Source: Macrostomum lignano (lineage: Eukaryota). Taken from it: DNA of 64,000 bases. The DNA is taken from NCBI GenBank assembly GCA_002269645.1, contig NIVC01000083.1, positions 310,001-374,000 on the forward strand, written 5' to 3'. Under the pieces are notes generated by a model. That model had not been told where the DNA came from and did no database searches. It saw only the letters and a list, made by a program, of their open reading frames with translations. The position numbers and the translations under genes were made by a program. Positions 33,735 to 44,657 of this stretch are shown here, one piece after another. The first letter of the stretch is position 1. Each line of letters opens with the position of its first letter.

Positions 33735-36700
33735 ATGGGGTAAGTGAATATTTATTATTGTGCTTCTTGTTAAAGATATATCAATATTAATGGAGAATGT
33801 GATAACTATTAATCGGGTAGTGTAGCTCGCTTGGCTAGTAAAAGGAAAATGAATCCGAAAATCAACATTGTGTAAGTAGGCCTAACGACGCGTTTTGCAC
33901 TCTTAGGTGCATCTTCAGGTTTATTTTTTCAACAATGAAATTGAACAGGTTTTGCAAATAAATATATGGAGTTGGTTATAGGTAAACAAGAAAAATTAGA
34001 AAAATTATTGAACAAATTGATATTGAAAAACATGAGTTAGTCGATATGGCAGAGTGAAGTCCAGGGCAGAAAGAATGTACACCCAGTACTCTCTCTCATC
34101 AAAAAACACGGAGTAGGTGCCCCGCGCCACTATGTTGGAGTTGTGTGTTTAGGCTGGGTAACTTGAAATTCTTGAAATTTAATTAGGTTATACTATATTA
34201 CTTAGAAAAAACAATTCATAAACTATGCCTCATCTACTAATAATATTAATTGTCATTTTCTTGATTCCCTATTAAACTTGCAATGTTAGGCCTAAGCCAT
34301 AGTGTGGATCATGCTAAGTGCACGCGAGAAACGACCCAAAGCTAATTCCCAAAAGCACGCCGACGACAAGCGAATGCACGCCGATGCACGCCGATAAATT
34401 AAAATTCAAATTGAAGACAAAAAACGTATTTTAAATTGCATTGTGTAAAACAAAGCAACAAACGATGTACAAAAGAAATGATATATCTTTAAAAACGTGC
34501 ATTTCTAATACATTAATTTATTTAACAGTCTTATACACTGTTTATTTACAATAGTTTTTTTCAAAAGTTAAATACAATAATACGTATTTTATGTCTGCTT
34601 ACCATTGCATTGGCAGCTTTGCCACATCAGGTGCCAGGCACGCGGCACGCGGCGCATGCCAGGCACGCCAGTGTATTTATGTAGTGTGCATTATACACGC
34701 CAAATGCACGCCACTTACCTAATCGCACGCCGGTGCACGCCACTTTTGAAAATGCACGCGGGAAAATTCTCGCGTGCACTACATGATCTACACTATGGGG
34801 CCTAAGATTATAGATTAGAATTTTCACTAAAGTACTATCGCTATCTATAGCTTTTCTATAAAAGGACAAAAATATAGTTATTCTAGAACATTGCTATGTA
34901 AACTGAGCCCTATCACTTCACCCTTGAAATTTTGAGTCTTGAAATTTTAGATGATTTCCAAAATAGTTAAATATTATATCAAATTTGGTAAAATTTAATA
35001 ATTGGTAAAATCAAATCAAATTTTGGTAAAATGGTAAAATTTGCTATAAAGTATTCAATGAATAAAAGTCCTTGTTATCAGTTTTTTTGCATTTTACAAA
35101 ACTTAGATTTAGAAAATTTGAAGGTCACTTAAGATATTTTTTATAATGAGTTTTAGGTGGATAAAAATGGTATCATTTGATAAAGTGGTTTGGTAGATGT
35201 GAGGGTTCCCCGACAGATATTCGCGACAGATATTTTCTCCTTCAAACGGATAATTCAAACAAAAAATGAATTTATGTTTCGGGATGCATTACTTACTCTG
35301 ACGCCGTATTCAGCTTTAAAATTTTGTAGACAAAAAGTTTGTCTTAAAGAAAAAAATATTAGTATGAATACAAATTGTGTCAAAATGAATTTTATCACAC
35401 ATTCCTTACAAAAAAATTCTCACGCCAAAGAACTTATGAAGTAGCGGTAGCAATGAATTTTTTGTCAGTTTCTGAGGCATGTCTCAACTTTGCAATGACA
35501 CCTTAGACACATGTCTGACTTTTGTATTTCCTGGGATATCTGCTTCCAAAGTGTGCTTTCCATGAGTCATTCATCATCCGTACCAAGACCAGCCAAAACT
35601 TTGACTTATCGCTCCGTCTCTATGCTTCAATCATTTGCTCTGAAACTTCTACCACTTCTTGACGCATGTCTCAGCTTTGCAGTGACACCTTAGACACATG
35701 TCCTACTTTTGTATTTCCCGGGATATCTGCTTCCAAAGTGTGCTTTCCGTGAGTCATTCATCATCCGTACCAAGACCAACCAAAACTTTGACTTATCGCT
35801 CTGTCTCTATGCTTCAATCATTTGCTCTGAAACTTCTACCACTTCTTGACGCATGTCTCAGCTTTGCAGTGACACCTTAGACACATGTCCTACTTTTGTA
35901 TTTCCCGGGATATCTGCTTCCAAATTGTGCGTTCCGTGGGTTATGTCTATATCTCTCGCTGCGTCTTTTGCTCAAGCATACTACAAGACACGCGATCAAA
36001 CACATGATTGGTTTGCGTATTTCTCGAGATATTTTTGAGCTCTTTGGTTTCAAAATGACACCTTTAGATAGAGTCAGCTAGCTTTTGTGTTATTCCTGAA
36101 CAATGTCTGTTTCTTGGCGAATCCGGTGGCGAAAAGTATATTGTCGACATAAGTTTTTTGTAAAGTATTACAAGCAGTTTCTCGAAACAAAAAACAATAA
36201 CTCATTAAGAACAACTGTATTTGTGTAAATGTCTTGTACTATGTATAGATTATTGCAGTTACTATTGTAGTTGAGGGGAAAGAACAAATGGTCGTATGAA
36301 TAAAGTGAGTAGTTGCTCAAACTCAGCGAGATTCTCAAATCAGTATGAATAAAATGAGTGCGTCCTCCTGAGCAAGTGCTCAAAATCAATTTCCCAAGAG
36401 TTACATGTAGTGCTCTCCCCGTGAGCAAATGCTTGGTGACTGAGTAGAGACTCGCTTCAGTATGAATAAACTCTGGTCATAAACAATTGCAATTTGTCTT
36501 GAGATCTTGCTCAGCAAAAGTTGAGTCTCCTCTGTAGTAGACTCACTGGTTGAGCAGCATCCAGCCATGTCCCTAAGCGGCAAACTTGCTGTCATGTTGC
36601 TGTTTCTGAGACTGTTGCTGCTGCCGTTCTGTCTGCTGCTGTTGCTGTTGTGGGGGCTGGTCATGTTGCTGATTCTGAGAGTGATAAATTATTTTTACAA

Positions 36701-39700
36701 AGTTCCTCATTGTATACTTCGCTCGTCTTCTATCCCACTGCTCCTGCGCTCCTTCTGGAGTCATGGAATCGTGCTTTCTCTTTCGAGGGCAGAAAAATGG
36801 TCGAGACTTTGTTTTGTGGGCAATGTTTGCTTCTTTGATTCTGTCATGAATGAATTCTGCGTTGGATTTACAAAACATTGTGGGCAAAAGAGGCAGTTCC
36901 AGAGTTGATTTTATTCTTTTAAACCAACTTTCCACATGCACATTAGAAAATGGGGACTTAAACTTCACCAGCAAACAATGCCATGTAAAGGCGGCCCATA
37001 GAGGAAGGTATGGTAAATAACGCAAGATCAAAAACTCTACTATCTCTGGAAAGTAAAGCTCGTTATCATTCACATCAATGCCGCGAAAGTGATTTATCCA
37101 ATATTTCTTTCTGTCATTGAAGTAGCAATAAAATGGCGATCTTCTGTGCAAGGCAGTCTCATTTTCGGAATCGGAGTCATCATCATTTGAGCAAACATTT
37201 ATTTGTTGTAATTCATCGTCGGAACTCGAGGAGTCTGAACCACTACCAGAGACTAAGCCGTCATAGGACAGACGTGTATGAGCATTGGCCGACTGTAAAG
37301 TTTCTCTCACGATGAAAACAGTTTGGCATTGCTGTGACAATTCAGTTTGTGCTGTAATGCATTCTGTTGCTGATTTCGAAAGAAATATGATCATTATTTT
37401 CTCGATAAAAAATTTGGCCTCCTCACTGCTTTTTGCTTGAATGACCATGGTGAAAATATGTATGAAGGTATCCCTAATGCACTGCGGTACTCTACGACGC
37501 TTTAGATATCGACTAACAGAGTGGATGAGGTGATTTTTGCAAAGAACTACTCCATAGTTGTGAGGAAAGGGTTCTGAATTCTCGAAGTAACGGAACTGCA
37601 TAATTAAATAAGTTTCTAAGTCACATTGTTGAAATTCAAAGCAACTGTGGATGAGGGCCCAGGAGAAATCAGTCACCCAAATGATAGGTATAGTAGACTT
37701 TTTAAAAATGGGATGCATGTTCAGTAAGTGATGACAGAAAAGCCGTAGAAAGTTGGAAATCGATACAACTGAATGATCATCGCTGACACAGTCTGCAATG
37801 GATATTGATGGAATGTTTTCTGCTGCACTGGTCACAACAGAATATAAGAATATTATTCCGCTACCAGCCGCCTTAGATATAATAGATCCCGTCGAGTCGA
37901 TGTGCAAAGCACAGACACTGTTTTGTTTGATTATGGAAGCTAGGTAATTTAATTGCTCAGCAGAGTACATTACAACTCGAAGTGGCTCGCAGCATCTTTC
38001 TCTCACAATTCCAGGCAAATATGGGTGTGAGTAATCACATTTCAGTCCTTCCTGCATGCGAATCAATTCTATAAAAACATCTTTGTGCAGTTTCTCCTTC
38101 CTCCGAGAGCTTTTCAATACCCTTTTAAGGACATTTCTTGATTTGCAGGAGTCAAAATTCATCGCGAGAACATGCATCATATGTTTCTTTTCAAGCATGA
38201 GTTTCCAATGGGCTTCTGTAACACCTTTGCAAGAGTCGATTTTCCTTTTTAACAAAATTTCTTCTGCTTGAGTCGTTCTCCTAAACGTTGGCGATTCAGC
38301 TTCTTTGTGGTTATAAGTTCCCTCTGCATAAACCTTCCAAACCCATCTTTCTGAACACGTGGGTTGTTCTTTCATAATAAAAGTAAATTTGCAAAGGCAC
38401 CCTTTAATTTTACACGCAGCCTTAACGGTCCAAAAATTGCTTTCCGCCTTCTGAGATCGAAGAGATTTAATGTGATAGTAACCTCTCATGCGTAGACAGC
38501 AAGTCAAGACTCTACGCAGTGCTTTACAGAGGGCTTCGTTTAGGTTGGATTTCGAAAAAGAAAATTTACGCGTATTTTCTAGCTGCTTGAGGTCAACGGC
38601 TTTAATTTCTGCGGGTTCAAAATATATTTCTTGGGTATCTGTTTCTTGATCCAAAACTAAAAGGCTCTCTTTAGGAGGTGGTGTCTGGTGTCTCGACTCG
38701 TGCATATTATCTTTTTCTTCAATGCAAACTACCGTCCCAGAGCCTCTAGTTGAGGATGATGAGTTTTCAGTATCTGATGGAGCCCCTGACGACTGTAAGG
38801 GTACATGTACATGTACTGGTGTTGGAGGTGAACTGGGTGGACTGGGTGCTTGATTGGAATCCCGTCGAATCCAATTCCACATAAGCAATCGATTGCGAAC
38901 TGTGTTGCGTAGATTGAGTCTCGCTGACAATAATAAATAAATTGCTCCTGGCGAACAATAGTCTGTTGGAATGCCATGTTTTTTAACAGCCTCCAAAACG
39001 GCGGAACTAATCTGGAAAGTAACCAACAAATGCACAGAATAAAATGCGCGTTTCTTTAAGTCTACCATCAATCCTACATGTGGTAGACGTAGAGGCTACC
39101 CATACGGCAGTCAGCAACACGATATGTTATTTAACTTACCTCTTTCTTCAATGGGTAACAAGAACACGCAATAAACAATGTAAAAATCAAGACTATAAGC
39201 TTCATACTGAAGTAGAGAATATATACTATTTATTTTCCAATAATTAGTTTTTATAAATTCACCACATTTACGCAGAGATTGACAAACCAAAAAGGACAGA
39301 ATTTTTTTGACAAGCGCGTGAACGATTCTGAAATTGAAAAACTTGACATTAACTTTGCATCCATATCCAAAGATCCACAAAATACTGCTGCTGAATTTGC
39401 TATAAGAGGTGTGTACAGTTTCTTGCATTCCTAGAGTAATTTGCTTAAACGAGGACAGTTGGAATGTACAGCAACTTCTGTGTACAGTTGTCAGTTGCAG
39501 AGAAACAAACAGCATTGATTATAGGAATAGCGCAAATTAGATGAGTGATGACTCAACATACTTAAGGTACCGATCAATGATAGCTAAAAAGTGCATTAGG
39601 AATTGACGAAACTTGCCAGTTGCAAAAATAAAGCTTCTTTATTTTAGCTTAGATTATTTTAGATTAAAGCTTCTTTAAAACTTCGTAAAACTAGACCTTA

Positions 39701-42700
39701 GCTTTGCTAATGTTAATGAACTTGAAAAACATGGTTAAAATTGGTATTAACCTTATTATAATAACCAAGGTAACATTTTATGTTAATATTATACATGCAC
39801 AACCCCCCTTATTTACACATGTAAAAAAACTAAAGCAAATTGTGATGGCCTGGGCTGGGGATTGCTCTGCAGCCCTGGCCATATGGTCTGCCGCTCCTAC
39901 TGACTGTTTGTTTGCACTCTGTTTGTTCCCCTCACTGACTCACCGGAGTCACCCCTTCTGAACACTTCCCCCATGCTACATATGCACCATTCGTACGCGT
40001 GTTCCATGCATCGTGCCACAGCACACCTGGCTATGTTGGGGCCCAGGAGCCCGTAAATATATGGCAAAGCTAGACGATATGGTCTGGTTTATATGTCTTA
40101 TTCCTGTCTGCCACTTGGGAGCCAATTCCCAGTGCATAGCGAATCAAGACTTCATTCTCAAGTCATCACACAAATATTACCACAATTTTGGATAAATAGA
40201 GAAGGAACTATGACTGTCTTATTAAGACTAAATGCTATGTCATCTAATTAGTACTATGTTTATAATTTTGGGTTGGCATTTTTGCAACTTACCTTGGTTG
40301 GGCCCCTCGCCAGCTAGCCAGATCAGCTGGGTCAGCTGGGTGTTATTCTTGTATGGTTGATATTGTAGCTGAAAAATGACTAGGTTTTCTTTAATTATCT
40401 AAATCTGCTATCTTTACATTGTTTGCACATAATTAGTTTTTAAATGTTAAAAAAATTCTTATATTTTTACTTATAGTATCTTTAATTTAAATGAAATTAA
40501 TGTATAACCAATCATTTATATTTACTAAGATTGAATATTTAGATAGTTGCCTAATTTCCCCATTAGCATTTTACAAACAGACTAGCAATCTAGTGCCCCC
40601 AATTCCTGGTTCATTTATTTAAATCACATTATTTGAATAAAATTGTCACAGACAAAGATGTTTGCTATAAATCTCTTTTTTTCTAAAAGTAAAAAAGACA
40701 ACAAAATAAAGCTTTCACAGAGATAGCAGGCATTCCCCCCCCCCCCAGATAGAAAGCATCCCCCAGATAGCAATGCTAGGAAAATTTGTGCTTTTATAAT
40801 TATGTAAAATTTTAATAGTTTAGTTATATATTAAAAATGTAGTTATGCGCCATGCATATGACATCATACATAACATATCTCTTATCCTCAAACCTGTCCA
40901 GGGAGTCGCCAATTTACAGTTGCACCGCTCACGTTTTCACAATCGACCCCAAGACTAAGAAAACTTGGCTACCGGCCAGCAATCAGGGTATTAAAGTGTC
41001 ATTTTTCTTTGACAAATCTCGTGAACAGTATCGCATACTAAGCATAGATGACACAGCCCAGGATCCAACTCGCAAGATGCCTATCAACAGCATCATGACT
41101 GAGAAGATGTCGTTTAAAAAGACTTCTCAAAAATTTGGCCAATGGGCCGACACGAACTCTGGTACAGTCTATGGCCTGGGCTTCACTAATGAGGCTGAAT
41201 TGGACAGGTGAGTTTATCCCACCTTTATATTTGGAGTTTTTATCCCATCTTCATATTTAGAGCTTTAATCCCATCTTGATATGTTGGAATTTTATCTTAT
41301 TTTCATATGTAGGGATTTTTATCCCATCTTCATATTTTGAGGTTTTATCCCATCTTCATAATTAGAGATTTTATCCCATCTTCATATCTAGGGATTTTAT
41401 CCTATCCCCAAGAATAGGGGTTTCTCTCACCCGCCCTCTTCCTCAGATTCGTGGAGCAGTTCTGTCAAGCTCTGGATCACACGCGCCGTCTGCGTAAGCA
41501 ACAGCCGCAGCCGTCGCATCAAGTTTTCGGTGGCGGCGGCGGAGGAAGTTTGTCAGCAGAATACGAGCAGCCAATGCAACAGCAGCACTCGCAGAGCGGA
41601 GGTGAAAACTCTCTGGGCAGCGGTGATGATGTCGAGCGGTTGGCCGCCCAGCTTCAGCAGGCTAATTTGAATATGCAGAAATTAGAGCGAGAGAACCAGG
41701 CACTGCGGGCTGGGGCCAAGGCTGTGAGTGTTTGGTTTCTCTAGTGCCTCTATTCTCTTCTTGTCTCTTCTCCCCTGTCTGCTCTCGTCCCCCCTGTCTT
41801 TCTCCCTCCCTGTCTTCCTCTTCTCCCTCCCTGTCTCCCTCTCTTCTCCCACCCTGTCTCCCTCTCTTCTCCCTCCCTGTCTCCCTCTCTTCTCCCTCCC
41901 TGTCTCCCTCTCTTCTCCCCCCTGTCTCCCTCTCTTCTCCCTCCCTGTCTCCCTCTTCTCCCTTCCTGTCTCCCTCTCTTCTCCCTCCCTGTCTCCCTCT
42001 CTTCTCCCACCCTGTCTCCCTCTCTTCTCCCTCCCTGTCTCCCTCTCTTCTCCCTCCCTGTCTCCCTCTCTTCTCCCTCCTTGTCTCCCTCTTCTCCCTC
42101 CCTGTCTCCCTCTCTTCTCCCACCCTGTCTCCCTCTCTTCTCCCTCCCTGTCTCCCTCTCTTCTCCCTCCCTGTCTCCCTCTCTTCTCCCTCCTTGTCTC
42201 CCTCTTCTCCCTCCCTGTCTCCCTCTCTTCTCCCACCCTGTCTCCCTCTCTTCTCCCTCCCTGTCTCCCTCTTCTCCCTCCCTGTCTCCCTCTCTTCTCC
42301 CACCCTGTCTCCCTCTCTTCTCCCTCCCTGTCTCCCTCTCTTCTCCCTCCCTGTCTCCCTCTCTTCTCCCTCCCTGTCTCCCTCTCTTCTCCCTCCCTGT
42401 CTCCCTCTCTTCTCCCTCCTTGTCTCCCTCTTCTCCCTCCCTGTCTCCCTCTCTTCTCCCACCCTGTCTCCCTCTCTTCTCCCTCCCTGTCTCCCTCTTC
42501 TCCCTCCCTGTCTCCCTCTCTTCTCCCACCCTGTCTCCCTCTCTTCTCCCTCCCTGTCTCCCTCTCTTCTCCCTCCCTGTCTCCCTCTCTTCTCCCCCCC
42601 TGTCTCCCTCTCTTCTCCCTCCCTGTCTCCCTCTTCTCCCTTCCTGTCTCCCTCTCTTCTCTCTCCCTGTCTCCCTCTCTTCTCCCTCCCTGTCTCCCTC

Positions 42701-44097
42701 TCTTCTCCCTCCCTGTCTCCCTCTCTTCTCCCTCCCTGTCTCCCTCTCTTCTCCCCCCTGTCTCCCTCTCTTCTCCCTCCCTGTCTCCCTCTTCTCCCTT
42801 CCTGTCTCCCTCTCTTCTCTCTCCCTGTCTCCCTCTCTTCTCCCTCCCTGTCTCCCTCTCTTCTCCCTCCCTGTCTCCCTCTCTTCTCCCCCCCTGTCTC
42901 CCTCTCTTCTCTCTCCCTGTCTCCCTCTCTTCTCTCTCCCTGTCTCCCTCTCTTCTCTCTCCCTGTCTCCCTCTCTTCTCCCTCCTTGTCTCCCTCTCTT
43001 CTCTCTCCCTGTCTCCCTCTCTTCTCCTACCCTGTCTCCCTCTCTTCTCCCTCCTTGTCTCCCTCTCTTCTCCCTCCCTGTCTCCCTCTCTTCTCCCTCC
43101 CTGTCTCCCTCTCTTCTCCCTCCCTGTCTCCCTCTTTTCTCCACCCCTGTCTGCCTCTCTTCTCTCCCCGTCCCCCTCTCCTCCCCTGTCGCCTGTCTTC
43201 TCCTTGTTCACATTTAAATCGTCCTAATTAATGTTTTTTAAAGTACGAGTAATTGATTTTCCTGTGAAAGAAAGTTTTAACTCGGACAATTTGCTTTAAT
43301 TAAAATAATTTCAGCCGGAATCCGATGCCAGAGTGGCCCAGTTAGAAAAGGAGAACTTTATGCTCAAGACTAGGATAAAGGTGAGAATGTGTTATTATTA
43401 CTGCTCATATTTATCGTACTGTATTTAATCGTGTTTGCCGCGATGTTGCTTTCAATTGGGTTTTATTCTCAGGATTAGATTTCCCTTAATACTTTGCTCC
43501 CTGGGTGACATTTCCTGTTTTCCCATCAAACTCTATTACTATCAAATCTCTTATTGAGATTTCCATTTTCTCATCAAAATCTTTGTCATCTTTGAAAGTT
43601 TTTTCCTTCAAATGATGGTGCAGCGCTCGAAACAGATGATAGTCTGTAGGGGCCAGATCGGGGCTGTATGGTGGGTGGGGCAGCACTTCCCAGCCCAGAT
43701 CTAGCAGCCTTTGCCTGGTCAAATTAGCGGTGTGCGGCCGAGCGTTGTCGTGAAGGAAGCTTGCTTTTCTTGCCCATGGCAGCCTAAGGGCGATGCTGTT
43801 TAGTTCAAAATATCTGGCCATAAGTGGGTGCTGAAAAGCAAATGACTTGGTTAGAATGACCACTTTCCTAACAACGTAATATTATTACCAATATATATTA
43901 CTTGTCTCTGCCAAGACCCCTCTTCACCCCTACCGTTGCCATAGCAATTAGAGGACACGGTGACTCAGCTTGATCAGCCGTTGAAAGACGCCCCAGCGCT
44001 GGCCTCGGAGCTGCAGCGCCGGCTGCACGAAGCAGGCGATTTGGCTGCCCAGCTGGTGAAGTCCACGGCTGCTGGCGGTGGCCACGGGAAATATTGA
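33735..44097 (+). CDS. Homer: Homer scaffold protein (EVH1 domain plus coiled coil), 5 exons, 268 aa
   Basis: Exons 33735-33739 (ATGGG|gtaagt), 40902-41207, 41447-41723, 43315-43380 and 43945-44097; phases compatible, 807 nt. EVH1 motifs AHVFTIDPKTKKTW and FKKTSQKFGQWAD...TVYGLGF are diagnostic. The assignment of the 5-nt first exon is inferred from phase and the conserved MG start. Confidence 0.92.
34297..34798. mobile_element. Non-autonomous DNA transposon (MITE), ~33-bp TIRs, perfect 8-bp TSD
   Basis: Left TIR CCATAGTGTGGATCATGCTAAGTGCACGCGAGAA; right TIR reverse complement CCATAGTGTAGATCATGTAGTGCACGCGAGAA. TSD GGCCTAAG at 34289-96 and 34799-806. Subterminal GCACGCC repeats. Confidence 0.9.
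35478..35935. repeat. 187-bp tandem repeat, about 2.5 copies
   Basis: Units start near 35478, 35665 and 35852. ORFs 35511 and 35698 are near-identical and 187 nt apart. Confidence 0.9.
36573..39071 (-). CDS. Intact 832-aa Mutator-superfamily (NOF/FB-like) DDE transposase ORF, nested antisense in Homer intron 1
   Basis: Uninterrupted 2.5-kb ORF. WRKY/GCM1-like Zn finger (CKIKGC...YNH); D1 in LHIDSTG; D2 in VTDFSWAL; CxxH in LCKNH; E in NVHVESWF. This order matches MULE-type transposases. Gln-rich C-terminus. TIRs were not found. Confidence 0.82.
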   Translation of the reverse strand: MMVDLKKRAFYSVHLLVTFQISSAVLEAVKKHGIPTDYCSPGAIYLLLSARLNLRNTVRNRLLMWNWIRRDSNQAPSPPSSPPTPVHVHVPLQSSGAPSDTENSSSSTRGSGTVVCIEEKDNMHESRHQTPPPKESLLVLDQETDTQEIYFEPAEIKAVDLKQLENTRKFSFSKSNLNEALCKALRRVLTCCLRMRGYYHIKSLRSQKAESNFWTVKAACKIKGCLCKFTFIMKEQPTCSERWVWKVYAEGTYNHKEAESPTFRRTTQAEEILLKRKIDSCKGVTEAHWKLMLEKKHMMHVLAMNFDSCKSRNVLKRVLKSSRRKEKLHKDVFIELIRMQEGLKCDYSHPYLPGIVRERCCEPLRVVMYSAEQLNYLASIIKQNSVCALHIDSTGSIISKAAGSGIIFLYSVVTSAAENIPSISIADCVSDDHSVVSISNFLRLFCHHLLNMHPIFKKSTIPIIWVTDFSWALIHSCFEFQQCDLETYLIMQFRYFENSEPFPHNYGVVLCKNHLIHSVSRYLKRRRVPQCIRDTFIHIFTMVIQAKSSEEAKFFIEKIMIIFLSKSATECITAQTELSQQCQTVFIVRETLQSANAHTRLSYDGLVSGSGSDSSSSDDELQQINVCSNDDDSDSENETALHRRSPFYCYFNDRKKYWINHFRGIDVNDNELYFPEIVEFLILRYLPYLPLWAAFTWHCLLVKFKSPFSNVHVESWFKRIKSTLELPLLPTMFCKSNAEFIHDRIKEANIAHKTKSRPFFCPRKRKHDSMTPEGAQEQWDRRRAKYTMRNFVKIIYHSQNQQHDQPPQQQQQQTERQQQQSQKQQHDSKFAA
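41212..41410. repeat. Degenerate ~26-bp tandem repeat (TTTTATCCCATCTTCATATTTAGAG) filling Homer intron 2
   Basis: About seven diverged units between the donor at 41208 and the acceptor at 41446. Confidence 0.75.
41760..43200. repeat. CT-rich 21/23-bp tandem repeat (CCCTGTCTCCCTCTCTTCTCCCT) in Homer intron 3
   Basis: Strongly pyrimidine-biased array; the source of several artefactual 460-510 aa ORFs. Confidence 0.96.
43486..43863 (-). mobile_element. Mariner transposase 3' fragment in last Homer intron
   Basis: FLHDNARPH and HPPYSPDLAPTDYHLF motifs (mariner D..D34D region). The 5' two-thirds are absent. Confidence 0.92.
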
Positions 44098-44271
44098 TAA
44101 AAATTATGTTCCTCATTGGCATTAGAGATTTTGCTGAGTTGCTAGAAACAGAATTTCTATCCTATTGTTTTTTATACATAAATTACCTGATTGATCGCTT
44201 GTTCTGCGCTTCGTAGCTTTATGAAATACTATAGATCCTGCAGTGCCCGGCTTTTCACATAACATTTGTAC

Positions 44272-44362
<91 letters not shown>
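44272..44362. repeat. (GTCT)n microsatellite
   Basis: Pure tetranucleotide array. Confidence 0.95.
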
Positions 44363-44363
<1 letters not shown>

Positions 44364-44657
44364 CGTGTCTGGGTAGTCTGGCTGTCTATTCTTCTGTATT
44401 ACCCGTGACTCTTTCCTTAACGCGTTGTGTCTTAAAGTATATACCAAATAATTTCTCATATTGTACTTAATTAAATATGTTATTTTTTCTTAAGTATTTA
44501 TCTCTATTGCACGCACATAAAGATATTGATTGAATGCTCGATATTTTACCCCTGTTTTTCTGGGCTTGGTAACCGTTATTAGTTTAAGTGTTTTATAATC
44601 TCTTTAAAGATGCGGCTATCTGTTGTATCTACCGTTCTGCAGTTATCATGGCAGATC

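Noticed and set aside
35950-36572. Possible Ulp1-like protease remnant after the transposase (RLGTWLDAAQ; YDHLFFPLNYN)
   Set aside because: MULEs often carry Ulp1 domains, but the catalytic H-W, D and Q-x-N-x-x-D-C motifs could not be found in any consistent frame.
41662-43231. Several 260-510 aa ORFs (SLSPSLLPP / GREKRGRQ repeats)
   Set aside because: They are translations of a CT-rich tandem repeat inside Homer intron 3; open frames on both strands reflect the lack of stop codons in the unit.
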